Virus record (IMG/VR): IMGVR_UViG_2832949849_000001
Location: 1 to 64,000 of that record
Direction: 5' to 3' (one strand)
Length of the DNA: 64,000 nt
Origin: a virus
Lineage: Duplodnaviria > Caudoviricetes
Below, piece after piece: positions 1 to 10,047 of the stretch. The notes beneath the pieces are model-generated. The model saw nothing but the letters and a program-made list of their open reading frames with translations, did no database searches and was not told the origin of the DNA. A program made the position numbers and the translations under genes. The stretch's first letter is position 1. Each line of letters starts with the position of its first letter.

Positions 1-1200
1 ATGCTCAGCGATACAAAAATCAAAGCATTAAAACCCAAAGAAAAAACTTACAAAGAGTCAGACAGAGATGGTCTATATGTCATGATCAACCCGACTGGCT
101 CGAAAGTCTTTCGCTACGATTACCGTTTCAATGGCAGACGTGAAACCTTAACCATAGGCAAGTACGGCATTATTAGCTTGGCAGAGGCGAGAGAAATATT
201 GCTTGAAGCCAAAAAGCTGCTCAACCAAGGCATCAGCCCACAACAAGCCAAAAAAGACACAAAACAAAATCAGCAAGGGAACACCATTGACGAATGGTGG
301 CTAAAGTATTTCAACCATACTGAACTGGCAGAATCAACTCGTAAAGTAAAAGCCGGTACCTATGTTTCAGAAATCAAGCCACAGTTTGAGCGCAAGCTTT
401 TGACTGAGATTAAAGCGATACATATCAGGACGCTTTGTGAAACCATACTTGAACGAGGTGCGCCAACCACCGCCACGCGTGTGCGTGACATATTCAATGC
501 CATTTATAAGTATGCAATCTTAAAAGGATTGGACATACACAACCCAGCGTCAACGATAGAAAACAAAGGTTATTACCGAGGTAAACCACGTAGTCGCTCT
601 TTAACGCCCAAAGACATTGGTTTGTTTCTATCTGAAATTGATGAATGTGAAACCTATCCAACAGTAATCATTGCTATCAAGCTGCTACTATTGACCATGT
701 TGCGCAAGTCAGAAGTAGTCAATGCCAAATGGGATGAAATCGATCTTGAATCAAAAGTATGGATCATACCTGCAGAACGCATGAAAGCGCGGCGTGAGCA
801 CAATGTTTATTTGTCCGACCAAGCCTGTGAGCTGATTGGCGCACTCAAAATACACAGCCACGGCAGTGAATTTTTATTTGCCGCTCGTGGCAATAAGCGC
901 AAGCCAATGAATGTATCAAGCGTCAACCGAGCGGCATCAAGAATCATTGAGCGAGTGATGGCCAAGTATAAATTTGAAAGCTTTGTCATCCATGACTTTA
1001 GACGCACAGCCTCAACAATACTGCACGAGAAAGGCTATAACACAGACCACATTGAGAAGTGTTTGGCGCATACGGATGGATCCATCAGAGGCGTGTACAA
1101 CAAAGCCGAATACGAGGCCGAGCGCAGGATTTTAATGCAAGATTGGGCCAACATGATTGATGCTTACCGAAAGCAAGATGCTTTACCAAACAAAGGTTAG
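1..1200 (+). CDS. int: Tyrosine recombinase / P4-like phage integrase
   Basis: N-terminal arm-binding domain (LSDTKIKALKP..D.DGLY...GSK.F.Y.Y); catalytic R (MLRKSE), K (RMKARREH), HDFRR, LAH, VYN. Confidence 0.95.
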   Translation: MLSDTKIKALKPKEKTYKESDRDGLYVMINPTGSKVFRYDYRFNGRRETLTIGKYGIISLAEAREILLEAKKLLNQGISPQQAKKDTKQNQQGNTIDEWWLKYFNHTELAESTRKVKAGTYVSEIKPQFERKLLTEIKAIHIRTLCETILERGAPTTATRVRDIFNAIYKYAILKGLDIHNPASTIENKGYYRGKPRSRSLTPKDIGLFLSEIDECETYPTVIIAIKLLLLTMLRKSEVVNAKWDEIDLESKVWIIPAERMKARREHNVYLSDQACELIGALKIHSHGSEFLFAARGNKRKPMNVSSVNRAASRIIERVMAKYKFESFVIHDFRRTASTILHEKGYNTDHIEKCLAHTDGSIRGVYNKAEYEAERRILMQDWANMIDAYRKQDALPNKG

Positions 1201-1215
1201 CACACTCTCAAATAC

Positions 1216-1243
1216 AAAAGAACCCACTTTAGTGGGCTCTTTT
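1216..1243. terminator. Bidirectional intrinsic terminator between int and the convergent lysis operon
   Basis: AAAAGAACCCACTTTAGTGGGCTCTTTT hairpin with A- and T-tracts. Confidence 0.7.
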
Positions 1244-1318
1244 GAGTGATGTTTTTAAGCTTCATTAATGTTCAGCTTGCCATTAATTTTTTGTTATACA
1301 AATTATCATGACCATTAT

Positions 1319-1609
1319 CTAGTTGCTCAAAGATTTGCTTTCACTTATTTTTAAATTTCTTAAAAAGCGTAAGCAAATCACAATAACCAATACAATCTCT
1401 ATTCTTATCAACCACCACATAACTTCTGGATTGTATTTGAGTAAGCAATAGATTCGTGCCATGGCATAAGTGCCAAACGACGCATGAAACAGCAAACGCA
1501 CCACGTCATGTTGGCAATTTAAACAAAACCGTTCTTTGGCAACCACGCAAGCCGAAAAAACAAACATCACAGCCAAGATGGCCAATTGTAAAATCACCAT
1601 CTTAGCCAC
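1319..1609 (-). CDS. Small membrane protein of the lysis cassette (holin/antiholin-like)
   Basis: 96 aa, about 3 hydrophobic segments, basic C-terminus, overlaps upstream holin-like gene. Confidence 0.45.
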   Translation of the reverse strand: MAKMVILQLAILAVMFVFSACVVAKERFCLNCQHDVVRLLFHASFGTYAMARIYCLLKYNPEVMWWLIRIEIVLVIVICLRFLRNLKISESKSLSN

Positions 1610-2006
1610 CTCCCCATTTCTTACTCAGCAACTTTTTAATCACATCTGGCAATATGTCAGGCATGGCCAAAATCAATTTATTACATGTAGCAAAAAATGC
1701 TTCATGCAAACGCAATGAAATGAATGGCCAAGCAATGGCTGAAAATACTGCCACAAACAAATAGCCTTCACGTGGTAAGCCTAACCACATGCCAAAGAAT
1801 GGTGGCAAGCTGCCTGCCACAAAAGATGTGATCACAATGGTGGCGACGCTGTTCCAACGGGTCACACGGCTGTGTACACCGACCAAACAAAACCCCAAAA
1901 AACAACCTGCAAAAAAACATTCAGCTGGCAAAGATCCGATAAGAGTCATGAAGCCAGCACCCAACCAAGCGGCAAGGTATCCTGCAATCGTGGTTTCTGC
2001 ACTCAT
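1602..2006 (-). CDS. Putative holin
   Basis: 134 aa multi-TM protein overlapping the endolysin stop (ATGA). Confidence 0.5.
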   Translation of the reverse strand: MSAETTIAGYLAAWLGAGFMTLIGSLPAECFFAGCFLGFCLVGVHSRVTRWNSVATIVITSFVAGSLPPFFGMWLGLPREGYLFVAVFSAIAWPFISLRLHEAFFATCNKLILAMPDILPDVIKKLLSKKWGGG

Positions 2007-2770
2007 CGCATTTCCTTTGCAATCTTGGTATGGTAAGCATATTTTTCATATGCGGGACCGTTATAACCTTTGGCAAACGCACGACAGTCTTCAGGATGGC
2101 TGCTGATACGTAAAAATGCCCCTTTCAAATTGGCCACCTTTAGAATGTAATCACGCAACATTTCATAGTGAGCCAACTCACTGTTACGGGCTGCCCACAA
2201 CATTTCAATCGGATGGTTATAGCCACATTCACGGTACCAGCGTCCTAAAACTTGAAATTTACCAATGCTAATGGCTTGAAAAGCTGCCAGTGGGTCTTTG
2301 CAGGCCGCATAAGAGAGTTTTTCCCAAGAATCATTGATGCCGTTGTTATTCGCATCCATAGTGTAGTCACCTGCTTTTGGATTGGAAAACCACGATAACA
2401 CTCGTTTGCTTTTATCTTGCACCCATTCCCAAAACTTGTGACGCTCATACAAAATAACGGGCAAGCCTGACGCAAACCAACCACCATAAGTGCCACTTTC
2501 AACAGTCGCCACCGCTTTGATGCGTTGGGTGTTGGTGTCGCCCAATTGTTCGGCAATGGTTTGAAGTTGGTATTCAAGAATGGGCATGGCATGTTTGTTG
2601 GTGAACACTTGAATAATCGCCGCACGCGTCAAACTGCCACCATCGCCATCAACAGCCAGAGCAGGATAAGCGCCATGTACGTTCAGCCATTTTTGCATCC
2701 ATGCCACGTTCAAATCTTTGGCGCGCTCAGCCTCTTGAGCTGTTAAAGTAATCTGTTGCATCGGTCTCAC
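2003..2770 (-). CDS. Endolysin: PG-binding domain plus N-acetylmuramidase (DUF3380-like)
   Basis: LAVDGDGGSLTRAAI PG-binding motif; AVATVES, ILYERHKF, SIGKFQVLG, FAKGYNGPAY. Confidence 0.85.
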   Translation of the reverse strand: MRPMQQITLTAQEAERAKDLNVAWMQKWLNVHGAYPALAVDGDGGSLTRAAIIQVFTNKHAMPILEYQLQTIAEQLGDTNTQRIKAVATVESGTYGGWFASGLPVILYERHKFWEWVQDKSKRVLSWFSNPKAGDYTMDANNNGINDSWEKLSYAACKDPLAAFQAISIGKFQVLGRWYRECGYNHPIEMLWAARNSELAHYEMLRDYILKVANLKGAFLRISSHPEDCRAFAKGYNGPAYEKYAYHTKIAKEMR

Positions 2771-2791
2771 CTTTGAATTAAAAGTGATTCC

Positions 2792-2832
2792 ATTGTAAGA
2801 ATGAAAAAAACGGCCTTTTCGGACCGTTCCCT
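2792..2832 (-). promoter_or_regulatory. Putative late promoter (lysis operon)
   Basis: AGGGAAC-N28-TACAAT; terminator-like hairpin lies inside the spacer. Confidence 0.75.
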
Positions 2833-2847
2833 ATCTGCCTCAATTAT

Positions 2848-3366
2848 TTAAAATGGCTCATCTGTTGTACCACCACCATCCCCGTTTTCATTGTGTTTGT
2901 GGGTAGAGCCGACATCTTTATCATTGTTGGTCATCGTGCCTGTCACAGCCAGACCACTCAACAATTGGGTTAACAAAGCCACTGTCAGTGTTTTCAGGAC
3001 GCTTAAAAGGCCTTTGATGGTCACATCACCGGTCACTTCCATGGTTTTGCAGTCAATGAGCACATGATCCGCAATCAATTCAATGCGCTTTTGGCGCCAA
3101 CGACGGATACCCACCAAATTACCGGTTTCAGGCTGTCGATAACCCATGATTATGGGATAGCGCCAATCCCCCTCAACCGAAAAATCAATCCAAACCTTAT
3201 CACCGGCTTCAATTTCAATTTCGGTGTCGTTGTGGCTGTCACCTAACGGATACATCAGTTCAGCTTCTGGATAAACATTGGAACCATCGGTCATACCAGG
3301 GATGGCAATGCGTGCACGACGGCGTTGGCCATCGTAGGATTCAACTACCGCAGGATAAAGGGCCAT
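2848..3366 (-). CDS. Baseplate central spike (gpV-like)
   Basis: OB-fold N-terminus (GDKVWIDF..GD..YPII.G), beta-helix repeats, C-terminal HKH metal apex; TAATG overlap with upstream gene. Confidence 0.8.
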   Translation of the reverse strand: MALYPAVVESYDGQRRRARIAIPGMTDGSNVYPEAELMYPLGDSHNDTEIEIEAGDKVWIDFSVEGDWRYPIIMGYRQPETGNLVGIRRWRQKRIELIADHVLIDCKTMEVTGDVTIKGLLSVLKTLTVALLTQLLSGLAVTGTMTNNDKDVGSTHKHNENGDGGGTTDEPF

Positions 3367-4256
3367 TATTGTTTCACTCCTGTCCAAAATACGGATTGGC
3401 TTTCTTCGCCACCATTGCCTGCACCTTGTCTGAATGAATGGGCAGCGGTAATAATCGCGAATTTGATTTGCCCGCCATCAATTAATTGACCACTGTGTAC
3501 ATCAGGTGCAAATTGGCTGGGAATCTCTTTGGCATTGAGCAATACATCGGTCATGCTGTTCAATTGGGCTTCGGTTTTATGCGGCATGAATTCAACATTG
3601 CGGTCTTTGTCAAAATTGCCCTTCACAATACTGCCATCGGGTGCGCAACTGATGTAAGCGGGCAATTCATGGCGCTCTAAAAAGCCTGACTTTTGGGTGT
3701 AGTCGGCTAAGGTTTGCAGCTTCATAATCGGCTCTTGGCCAAACAAGTCATTGATGCGGGTAAACTCCAAGCGATCACCATCTGGCATCCAACGCACCAC
3801 ACCACCGTGCTCTTGGCACACACGGGCAATCAAATAGCTTGGGGTTTCGCCTTTGAAGCAGTAAAACTTGGGTACCGCAAAGTCTTTGCCTATCTCGGAC
3901 TTGCCACCACAAGCTTTGTAGATTTCGGACAAGGTGGTGTTTTCCAAAAAGATGCCTTTGACGGCGCGGTGGCTGATGCCTTCGGTATTCTTGTGTAAGG
4001 CAATGAAATAACGGATTTGCACCATGCCGCCTTGGTAGACGCTGCTGATAGAATCGCGTACGTATTTAATCACCATCGGTGTTTGGTCACGCCCTACTTT
4101 GATTTCCATACCTTCTAAAAGCTGATTGGCAAATGATTCTTTCAAACGGATGGTGGCTTCAAACGTGACTGGTACAGGCGTTAAACTGTCACGCAGCGTG
4201 GCATCGACAATCAAATCACCATCTATGGTTTGGCCATTGGCCATTCGAACAATCAT
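3366..4256 (-). CDS. Baseplate hub protein (gpD/gp27-like)
   Basis: 296 aa directly upstream of the spike gene; position-based call. Confidence 0.55.
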   Translation of the reverse strand: MIVRMANGQTIDGDLIVDATLRDSLTPVPVTFEATIRLKESFANQLLEGMEIKVGRDQTPMVIKYVRDSISSVYQGGMVQIRYFIALHKNTEGISHRAVKGIFLENTTLSEIYKACGGKSEIGKDFAVPKFYCFKGETPSYLIARVCQEHGGVVRWMPDGDRLEFTRINDLFGQEPIMKLQTLADYTQKSGFLERHELPAYISCAPDGSIVKGNFDKDRNVEFMPHKTEAQLNSMTDVLLNAKEIPSQFAPDVHSGQLIDGGQIKFAIITAAHSFRQGAGNGGEESQSVFWTGVKQ

Positions 4257-4942
4257 GGGTTCACCTGAATATTGACATCACCAGTCTGAATGGCAGTAAC
4301 TGCATCACCCACAAACGGCAACACATAGTTCAAAGTTAAATCCCATGCAAAAATGGTGATGTTTTTACGGCCACCGTCCACATCAATGACCGATTCCATA
4401 GGCTCAAAACCATCTTCAAACGTGCCTGTGGTTTCAAATTCTTCACCATCATGGTGCCAAGGGATTTGCCAGCGGTGGTTTTTGAAGCGCTGCATGTACA
4501 AACGCATCTGATCGGTCATGCCGGTAGCTGTTTCATGTTCGTGCGCCACAAACACCAATTGGCACCGCCAAGACTTATGCTGCATACGCACCTGGTAAAA
4601 GCCGCTGGTATTGTTGAGGTTCACATTTTGTACATCTGCCACGCTGCGTCCTCGATCTGTTGGAATCGGCGAGGTTTCTTTAGCAAAAGCAATGAACATC
4701 ACTGGCAATGGTGAATCGATGGCTTTGCCATTGGCATCACTGCTGCGACGGTAAGTATTGAGCATGTCTTGTACATCATCCACCATCCGACTTGGGCACA
4801 CCCGTAAGCGGCTTGAACGTGGCTTTGTGATGAATTTTTGCAGTGCAGGTGTGATAGGTAACATTTCATCCACGCCAGCCATGATATAGCGAACAAACGC
4901 TTCTTTGACCACATCTTGGCGACCTGTATTGTTAGTGGACAT
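4253..4942 (-). CDS. Phage tail/structural protein, unknown function
   Basis: Coupled to the hub gene (ATGA overlap) in the tail operon; start placed at MSTNN. Confidence 0.5.
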   Translation of the reverse strand: MSTNNTGRQDVVKEAFVRYIMAGVDEMLPITPALQKFITKPRSSRLRVCPSRMVDDVQDMLNTYRRSSDANGKAIDSPLPVMFIAFAKETSPIPTDRGRSVADVQNVNLNNTSGFYQVRMQHKSWRCQLVFVAHEHETATGMTDQMRLYMQRFKNHRWQIPWHHDGEEFETTGTFEDGFEPMESVIDVDGGRKNITIFAWDLTLNYVLPFVGDAVTAIQTGDVNIQVNP

Positions 4943-5237
4943 AAGGTGGTACCTCATCAGCATCAGGCAAATTCAAATTGGCTAACATCTGCATGGTGTA
5001 ATATTGCTGCATGACGCTGACTTGATGGTATTGGCTGTTTTTCATTTGTTGCTCAATCAAATCCAACACCCATTTGCGGAATTGTTTGGCCACTTCGGTT
5101 TTGGCGAAAAATGCGATTGAATAACAGCCACGCAAGCTGAAAATACGGAAATTATTATTATCCAACTCATTGTTTTTATTCCGATACGTCAAATTGACGT
5201 AGCGGCTCATGTAATGACCTAGCACTTTCTGCACAAG

Positions 5238-6080
5238 TCACAAGCTTAATCGATAGACTTCAGTAGGAGTTTTCATACCCAATGCCTGATGAGGTCTTCG
5301 TTCATTGTAAAACTGTATCCAATCGCTCAATACACGATTGGCATGTTGCAAACTCTCAAAGCGGTAGCGATGAACGCATTGCTCTTTAATGGTGCGAATC
5401 AATCTTTCCACCATGCCGTTTTGCTGTGGGCAATGCGGTGTGATGAATTCTTGCTGCAAACCATAACTGCTCACCAACGCAGTATATTTGCGACTGGTAA
5501 ACACCAAACCATTGTCTGAACGCAATAAGAAACGTTCAGGCACCTTGCCCAAACAGCGAAAGCGGCTGATCAAAGCGTGTTCCAATGCACTCACAGCCGT
5601 ACTGGCTTTACCAGTTTTGGAAAGTTGCCAGCCCAATAATTCACGGGTATGGCAATCCATTACCAAAGCCAGACTGAGCCAACCATCTTTACCACCCCAA
5701 ACCCGACACAAATCTGTAGACCAACGTTGATTTGGCTCCTGTGCTTTGGATGGCACCGCTTGAATCCGAGGTCTGCGACCGACTGAGCGTTTACGTACTT
5801 GCCAACCTTTGAGCTGAAACACACGTTGGACAGTGTTTTTATTCATACTCAGCAAAGCAGCAACCGTCCTGTAACCAAATGATGGTTGTTCTTCAATCAA
5901 TTGTTTAATCGGTTCTGAATAGCATTCTTTTACCACTGGCTGTTTGCGATGTGGTCGGTAATACACTGAACGACGAGCCACACCAAACCAAGCACACAAG
6001 CGGCTGATGCTGACGTGAACACCATCAGATGCAAACTGTTCATGCAAACGCCAAATCAGTTCTCGTCCCGCTCCAACCAT
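5238..6080 (-). CDS. IS3 transposase OrfB (DDE)
   Basis: WSTD, LRSDNG, NGMVERLIRTIKE motifs. Confidence 0.92.
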   Translation of the reverse strand: MVGAGRELIWRLHEQFASDGVHVSISRLCAWFGVARRSVYYRPHRKQPVVKECYSEPIKQLIEEQPSFGYRTVAALLSMNKNTVQRVFQLKGWQVRKRSVGRRPRIQAVPSKAQEPNQRWSTDLCRVWGGKDGWLSLALVMDCHTRELLGWQLSKTGKASTAVSALEHALISRFRCLGKVPERFLLRSDNGLVFTSRKYTALVSSYGLQQEFITPHCPQQNGMVERLIRTIKEQCVHRYRFESLQHANRVLSDWIQFYNERRPHQALGMKTPTEVYRLSL

Positions 6081-6370
6081 TCCTCCAACTTTTTTCGCGC
6101 ACGCAGCTCCAACATCGCTTCACCATAAGCGGCCTGTAATTGGTGAATTTGCTTTTCGTATTGCTGACGCACATCACGAGGTTTGGCTCGCAAAGCGTTT
6201 TCCATACCTTCTTTAGCTTGATCAACCCAGCTTTCCAATTCAGATGGCGTTAAATCAAATTGCCGAGAAGCTTCGGCTACCGTGGTCTTACCTTGGATGA
6301 TTTCCAATACCAATGCACTCTTGCGTTTGGCACTCCAACGTTTGTTTTCATCACTCATTTGGCTACTCAT
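6056..6370 (-). CDS. IS3 transposase OrfA (HTH)
   Basis: KRWSAKRKSALVLEII..TVAEASRQFDL HTH; overlaps OrfB. Confidence 0.9.
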   Translation of the reverse strand: MSSQMSDENKRWSAKRKSALVLEIIQGKTTVAEASRQFDLTPSELESWVDQAKEGMENALRAKPRDVRQQYEKQIHQLQAAYGEAMLELRARKKLEEWLERDEN

Positions 6371-6591
6371 TTTAGTATCTCCTAGATGGAATAATACCTG
6401 AGCAGAAATTTAGTGGGTCATTACACTCATTTGGTCAGTAAACTCATCCGAATTGTGCTCAAAGATTTTATTTACTGAATCTGGGCGTGCATAACCCAAC
6501 GCATTGGCCAACTGAGCAGAAGTCACCCAAATTTGATTGTCAGGCTGCGTTACAGGATTCAAAGCCACTTGATTAAAAGTAATGGTATTCA

Positions 6592-6712
6592 TTTGCCCAC
6601 CTACACCCATAAGATTTGAAATGCTTGGCCATTCACGCAGACAAGCCATTATGGGTGGTTTTGGCTTGCCTGCTACCGATGCGCATCGGCGAATGGTCAA
6701 ACAGTGGGCAAA
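6592..6712 (-). ncRNA. Candidate structured 5' leader (multi-stem plus possible pseudoknot) occluding the Bro-N copy 1 RBS
   Basis: UUUGCCCAC/GUGGGCAAA closing stem, 12-bp GCAGGCAAGCCA/UGGCUUGUCUGC stem, loop CACCCAUAA complementary to downstream UUAUGGGUG. Confidence 0.5.
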
Positions 6713-6730
6713 GAAAAACCCACAAGCGAT

Positions 6731-6771
6731 ATTGTGGGCTGGGTTTGGGTGGGGGTTTCGGAGCGTTCCCT
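6731..6771 (-). promoter_or_regulatory. Putative late promoter (Bro-N 1 / tail / spike operon)
   Basis: AGGGAAC-N28-CACAAT overlapping a hairpin plus T-tract. Confidence 0.75.
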
Positions 6772-6782
6772 GAGTTTCAGTC

Positions 6783-7586
6783 TCATATTGGTGCGGTATT
6801 GGGATTTGCCAACTTATCTCTAGCTTCCAACAAGTTCTGTTGCAATTTTTCTGAGCCATAATAATGGAGTAACATAAGGGGAAAAGCAGATAACAGATAA
6901 ATATATCGACCCTTTTGAACTAAAAAAATATCATATTGAGTTACTATATCTACTGGAAAATTTTTATTGCCAGTGGTAAGGGCATTTGATTTTTTGCATG
7001 AAAAATCAATTATTTCTATCCATTGAGGCAAATCTATTCTTGAAAATCCACAGTTTACATCAAAGGCATGCTGCCTATAGTGCTGTTTAAAAATAGATAA
7101 ATAATCATAGATTTTTTCAACTCTACATTCAATAAATGTATCTAAATCTGGATAACATAGACATTTTTTCACAGACTCAACCATTGGATAGCTGATAAAT
7201 AATTTACCATTCCCTGTTTCATCATCAAAATACTCTAGCATTCTATTAATTTGCTCATTGCCTAAATCGACATTAATAGTTTTATTACCTTGATCATCCT
7301 TGTAGGTTAAAGCTTGAATATCATAATCAAAAAACAAGTAAATCTCGGCAAAATCATCCCGTTTAGATGTAGAGCTGATTAATTTTTGAGCAATTAAAAG
7401 ACCAATAATATCTAGACCATCATCTTCAGACAATCTTTTATATAAATTGTACAATTGATAGATATCACCACAATATGCAATAACTTCATTATTAACAGGG
7501 AATAATCCAGAATTTTTCAATGATTGAATAATTTGAACTTCAGCTTTCTCACCCTCTACAACAATCAGAAATTTTTGGTTGGCCAT
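6783..7586 (-). CDS. RloB/AbiLii-like Toprim-fold protein (putative defence effector)
   Basis: FLIVVEGEKAE and YLFFDYD (Toprim E and DxD), ISYPMVE; AT-rich; follows an ABC ATPase. Confidence 0.6.
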   Translation of the reverse strand: MANQKFLIVVEGEKAEVQIIQSLKNSGLFPVNNEVIAYCGDIYQLYNLYKRLSEDDGLDIIGLLIAQKLISSTSKRDDFAEIYLFFDYDIQALTYKDDQGNKTINVDLGNEQINRMLEYFDDETGNGKLFISYPMVESVKKCLCYPDLDTFIECRVEKIYDYLSIFKQHYRQHAFDVNCGFSRIDLPQWIEIIDFSCKKSNALTTGNKNFPVDIVTQYDIFLVQKGRYIYLLSAFPLMLLHYYGSEKLQQNLLEARDKLANPNTAPI

Positions 7587-7591
7587 TATTA

Positions 7592-8739
7592 TTACTCTGA
7601 ATCATTATCATTAGAATCAAACGCATTAGCTCTGTAAAGTTTTTCAAGATTATGAGCAAATCTTAATTCTTTTTCTGTCAAATATGGTAATGAGTTAATT
7701 TGCTGATTATGAATTACAAAATAACAATCAGGTCTCATTAAATCATTTGTCATTATAGAGGTATTATGAGTAGTTAACAGAATTTGAATATTTTGTTTTT
7801 TAAGCATTTCAACGATTTCTTTTGATAATTCATAATGATAAAAAGCATCAAATTCATCTATAAACAAAAAATTTATTTTTTCTTCACTAATTCTGCTAAT
7901 CCAAAAATAGAACAAAGCTAATGCTTTTGTACCACTAGAAGCTATGTCAAAGAAAGGTACTGGGACACCTTCTATATCAAAACAGATATCGTTTAAATGT
8001 TTAATAAGCTTACATTCAATACCAACTCTATTTAAAAAGATTCAAAATCTTCAATTTTCTCTCGCTCAATAATATCTAAAACAATACTCTTTTGGTTTGA
8101 AACATGTGTTCCAATAAATCTATTATCACTAATAGATCTAAAATAAAGCATCCCATCTATAAAATTTATCATTTGATAAAATATTTTATTAACTTTTGTT
8201 CTTTTATCAAGATTGGCATTTGATTTCAAATACATTAATATAGACAAATTATCGTTTTCAATTTCTTTATTAAGAGACTCTGTTCCTTTAAAATTAATAA
8301 TAGCTTTAGTTCGTTTATTTTTATTAATTGTTCTACTTCTATCAATATCTACAAATAAATCACCACCAATAGTTAAATTTTCAGATACCAAATGATCGGC
8401 ACTAATTTTTGAATAAGAGTACACTACCTCAACTTTTTCAAATTCGAAAACGTATTTGAACTCAACTACCCTATCATTTAATTTTGACCCCGCGTATACA
8501 TAGTTATTTGCATATAAATCATGCGGTGAAAATGAATCACTAGCATGACGAATAATATCAAACATAGCTAAACCTAAATTTGACTTCCCTGAGCCATTCA
8601 TCCCATAAATTATTGCATTATTACAAATTCCATTTTTAATACAACTTTCATTAAAAGCATAATTTTTAGTTTTACTCAAATCAAAAATTAAATTATCTTT
8701 AAATGACTTAAAATTCTTAACTTCGAATCTTTTTAACAT
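7592..8739 (-). CDS. ABC/AAA_21-type ATPase (RloA/AbiLi-like), split by a 1-nt deletion in a T-run near 8035
   Basis: VKNFKSF start, Walker A GMNGSGKS, signature ASSGT in the bridging frame, Walker B FIDEFD, H-loop TTH. Confidence 0.8.
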
Positions 8740-8880
8740 TTGGAATTCCCATTTAAGTATCTGTATAATTGAGAAAATAATACCATAAGCGTTCCTATCC
8801 GTAGAAAAAATACGGCATATTATTAAACGTATTAAAAATTATTTAAATTAAACAGCCATTTACATTAATTCAATTAGATA

Positions 8881-8910
8881 AAAAAACGTCCTATAACCCT
8901 ACAGGACGCC
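8881..8910 (-). terminator. Terminator built from an inverted pair of the DUS-like motif
   Basis: AAAAAACGTCCTATAACCCTACAGGACGCC after Bro-N copy 2; near-identical to 48964-48993. Confidence 0.7.
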
Positions 8911-8940
8911 AATTTACAACATTTCTCAACACTCAACCCA

Positions 8941-9803
8941 TCAAGCAGGCTTAAACGCCACCTGTGCCAACTCAGGCACGCCACGGTTCAGTCGTACTAA
9001 ATACTCACCCGTTTGTGTCATTGGAATGGTCACGATATAGTTTTTCATTCCATATTTCAACCAAGGCTGATGCACCTCTGAAGCAGTAAAGCCGATACTT
9101 CTGGCAGTTGTTCTAGCGGTAACACGCAAGGAGGCAAAAAAACCATTCATGGACGAAGTCATGTCTGGATTTACCTTGTACAAAATTGGTTTCACTGTTT
9201 CCCAAGCGGAATCGCAGGTCAACGCACACATGATCAATGGCTCCAAATTGACAGGACGCTCGCCGTTGTCATTGAGCAACAACCGATGCAAGTATTCAGT
9301 AGCCTCGCCAACTTGTTCCAAGGTCAATTCGTCGATGTGTTGGACGTTGAAACGCTGGTGTACCAATTTGTAGGCGTCAGGATAAAGCATGCTCTTTTTA
9401 CTGACTACGGCGTTAACAGCATCACGCAGGCCTGTACGTTCGTCTGTGGTGGTTGAGCGTCCTGTAAACTTCTGCGCTTCGGTTTCGATTAAATCCAACA
9501 CCCATTTGCGGAATTGTTTGGCAACTTCGGTTTTGGCAAAAAGGCGATTGCATAGCAACCACGTAAACTAAAGATTCGGACTGATTTGTGCTGTAAGCCA
9601 TTGATTTTACCGCTGACGGTCAAATTGACCGTCTGTGACATTTCCTCTGTAAACTCGTCTGAATTGCGGTTAAAAATCTTGGTTACAGAGTCCACAGCTT
9701 TATAGCCCAGCGCTTTTGCAAGCTCGGCTGAAGTAATCCAAATTTGGTTGTCAGCATGTGTAACAGGATTCAAAGAAACTTGATTGAAAGACAGTGCGTT
9801 CAT
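8941..9803 (-). CDS. Bro-N domain phage antirepressor (copy 2), frameshift in a homopolymer near 9540
   Basis: MNALSFNQVSLNPV..QIWITSAELAKALGY...RIFSLRGC, then AKTEVAKQFRKWVLD...ERTGLRDAV...LVHQRFNV.HIDEL. Confidence 0.8.
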
Positions 9804-9851
9804 GATGAACACTCCTTATGGTATTTTTCGAAATATGAAACCCAATTGGGC

Positions 9852-9930
9852 GGTCAAGAGGTTCGAAAGCCCCCATAAGCAGGCTGGGCGTATTTCCCTT
9901 GCGGGTATTATATTAGCCGCCCTCTCGACC
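9852..9930 (-). ncRNA. c4-type antisense RNA, cassette A (79 nt)
   Basis: Closing stem GGUCGAGAGG/CCUCUUGACC, CCC-GCAA-GGG hairpin; b' GCUUAUGGGG and a' UUUCGA complementary to a1/b1 (10030-10035/10016-10025) and a2/b2 (9826-9832/9815-9821, over the RBS). Confidence 0.8.
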
Positions 9931-10047
9931 ATAACTTTGACGCACTACTGCCTAAACAATAGATACACGAATTCTATGGACGAAAAAAAATCACTTAATA
10001 ACGGCAGTGATGACCGCTTATGGGGAAGGTTTCGACACCTTGAGCGC

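Larger units (their letters stand above)
5210..6425 (-). mobile_element. IS3-family insertion sequence, 1216 bp
   Basis: Ends TGTAATGACC...GGTCATTACA; 4-bp target duplication CTCA at 5206-5209 and 6426-6429. Confidence 0.93.
4932..6592 (-). pseudogene. Bro-N domain antirepressor-like gene (copy 1) interrupted by IS3
   Basis: Removing the IS and one CTCA copy rejoins MNTITFNQVALNPV...DEFTDQMS with RYVNLTY...RIFSLRGC..IAFFAKTEVAKQFRKWVLDLIE; paralogous to 8941-9803 and 49021-49851. Confidence 0.85.

Noticed and set aside
1-1300. attL / integration site
   Set aside because: The window starts at the integrase ATG; no tRNA or att repeat is visible
6410-6859. 149-aa ORF as annotated
   Set aside because: The N-terminal extension crosses a promoter and structured leader; the paralog-supported start is 6592 and the stop is created by the IS3 end
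8789-8800. GGAACGC upstream of the ATPase as a late promoter
   Set aside because: No -10-like hexamer at 27-28 nt
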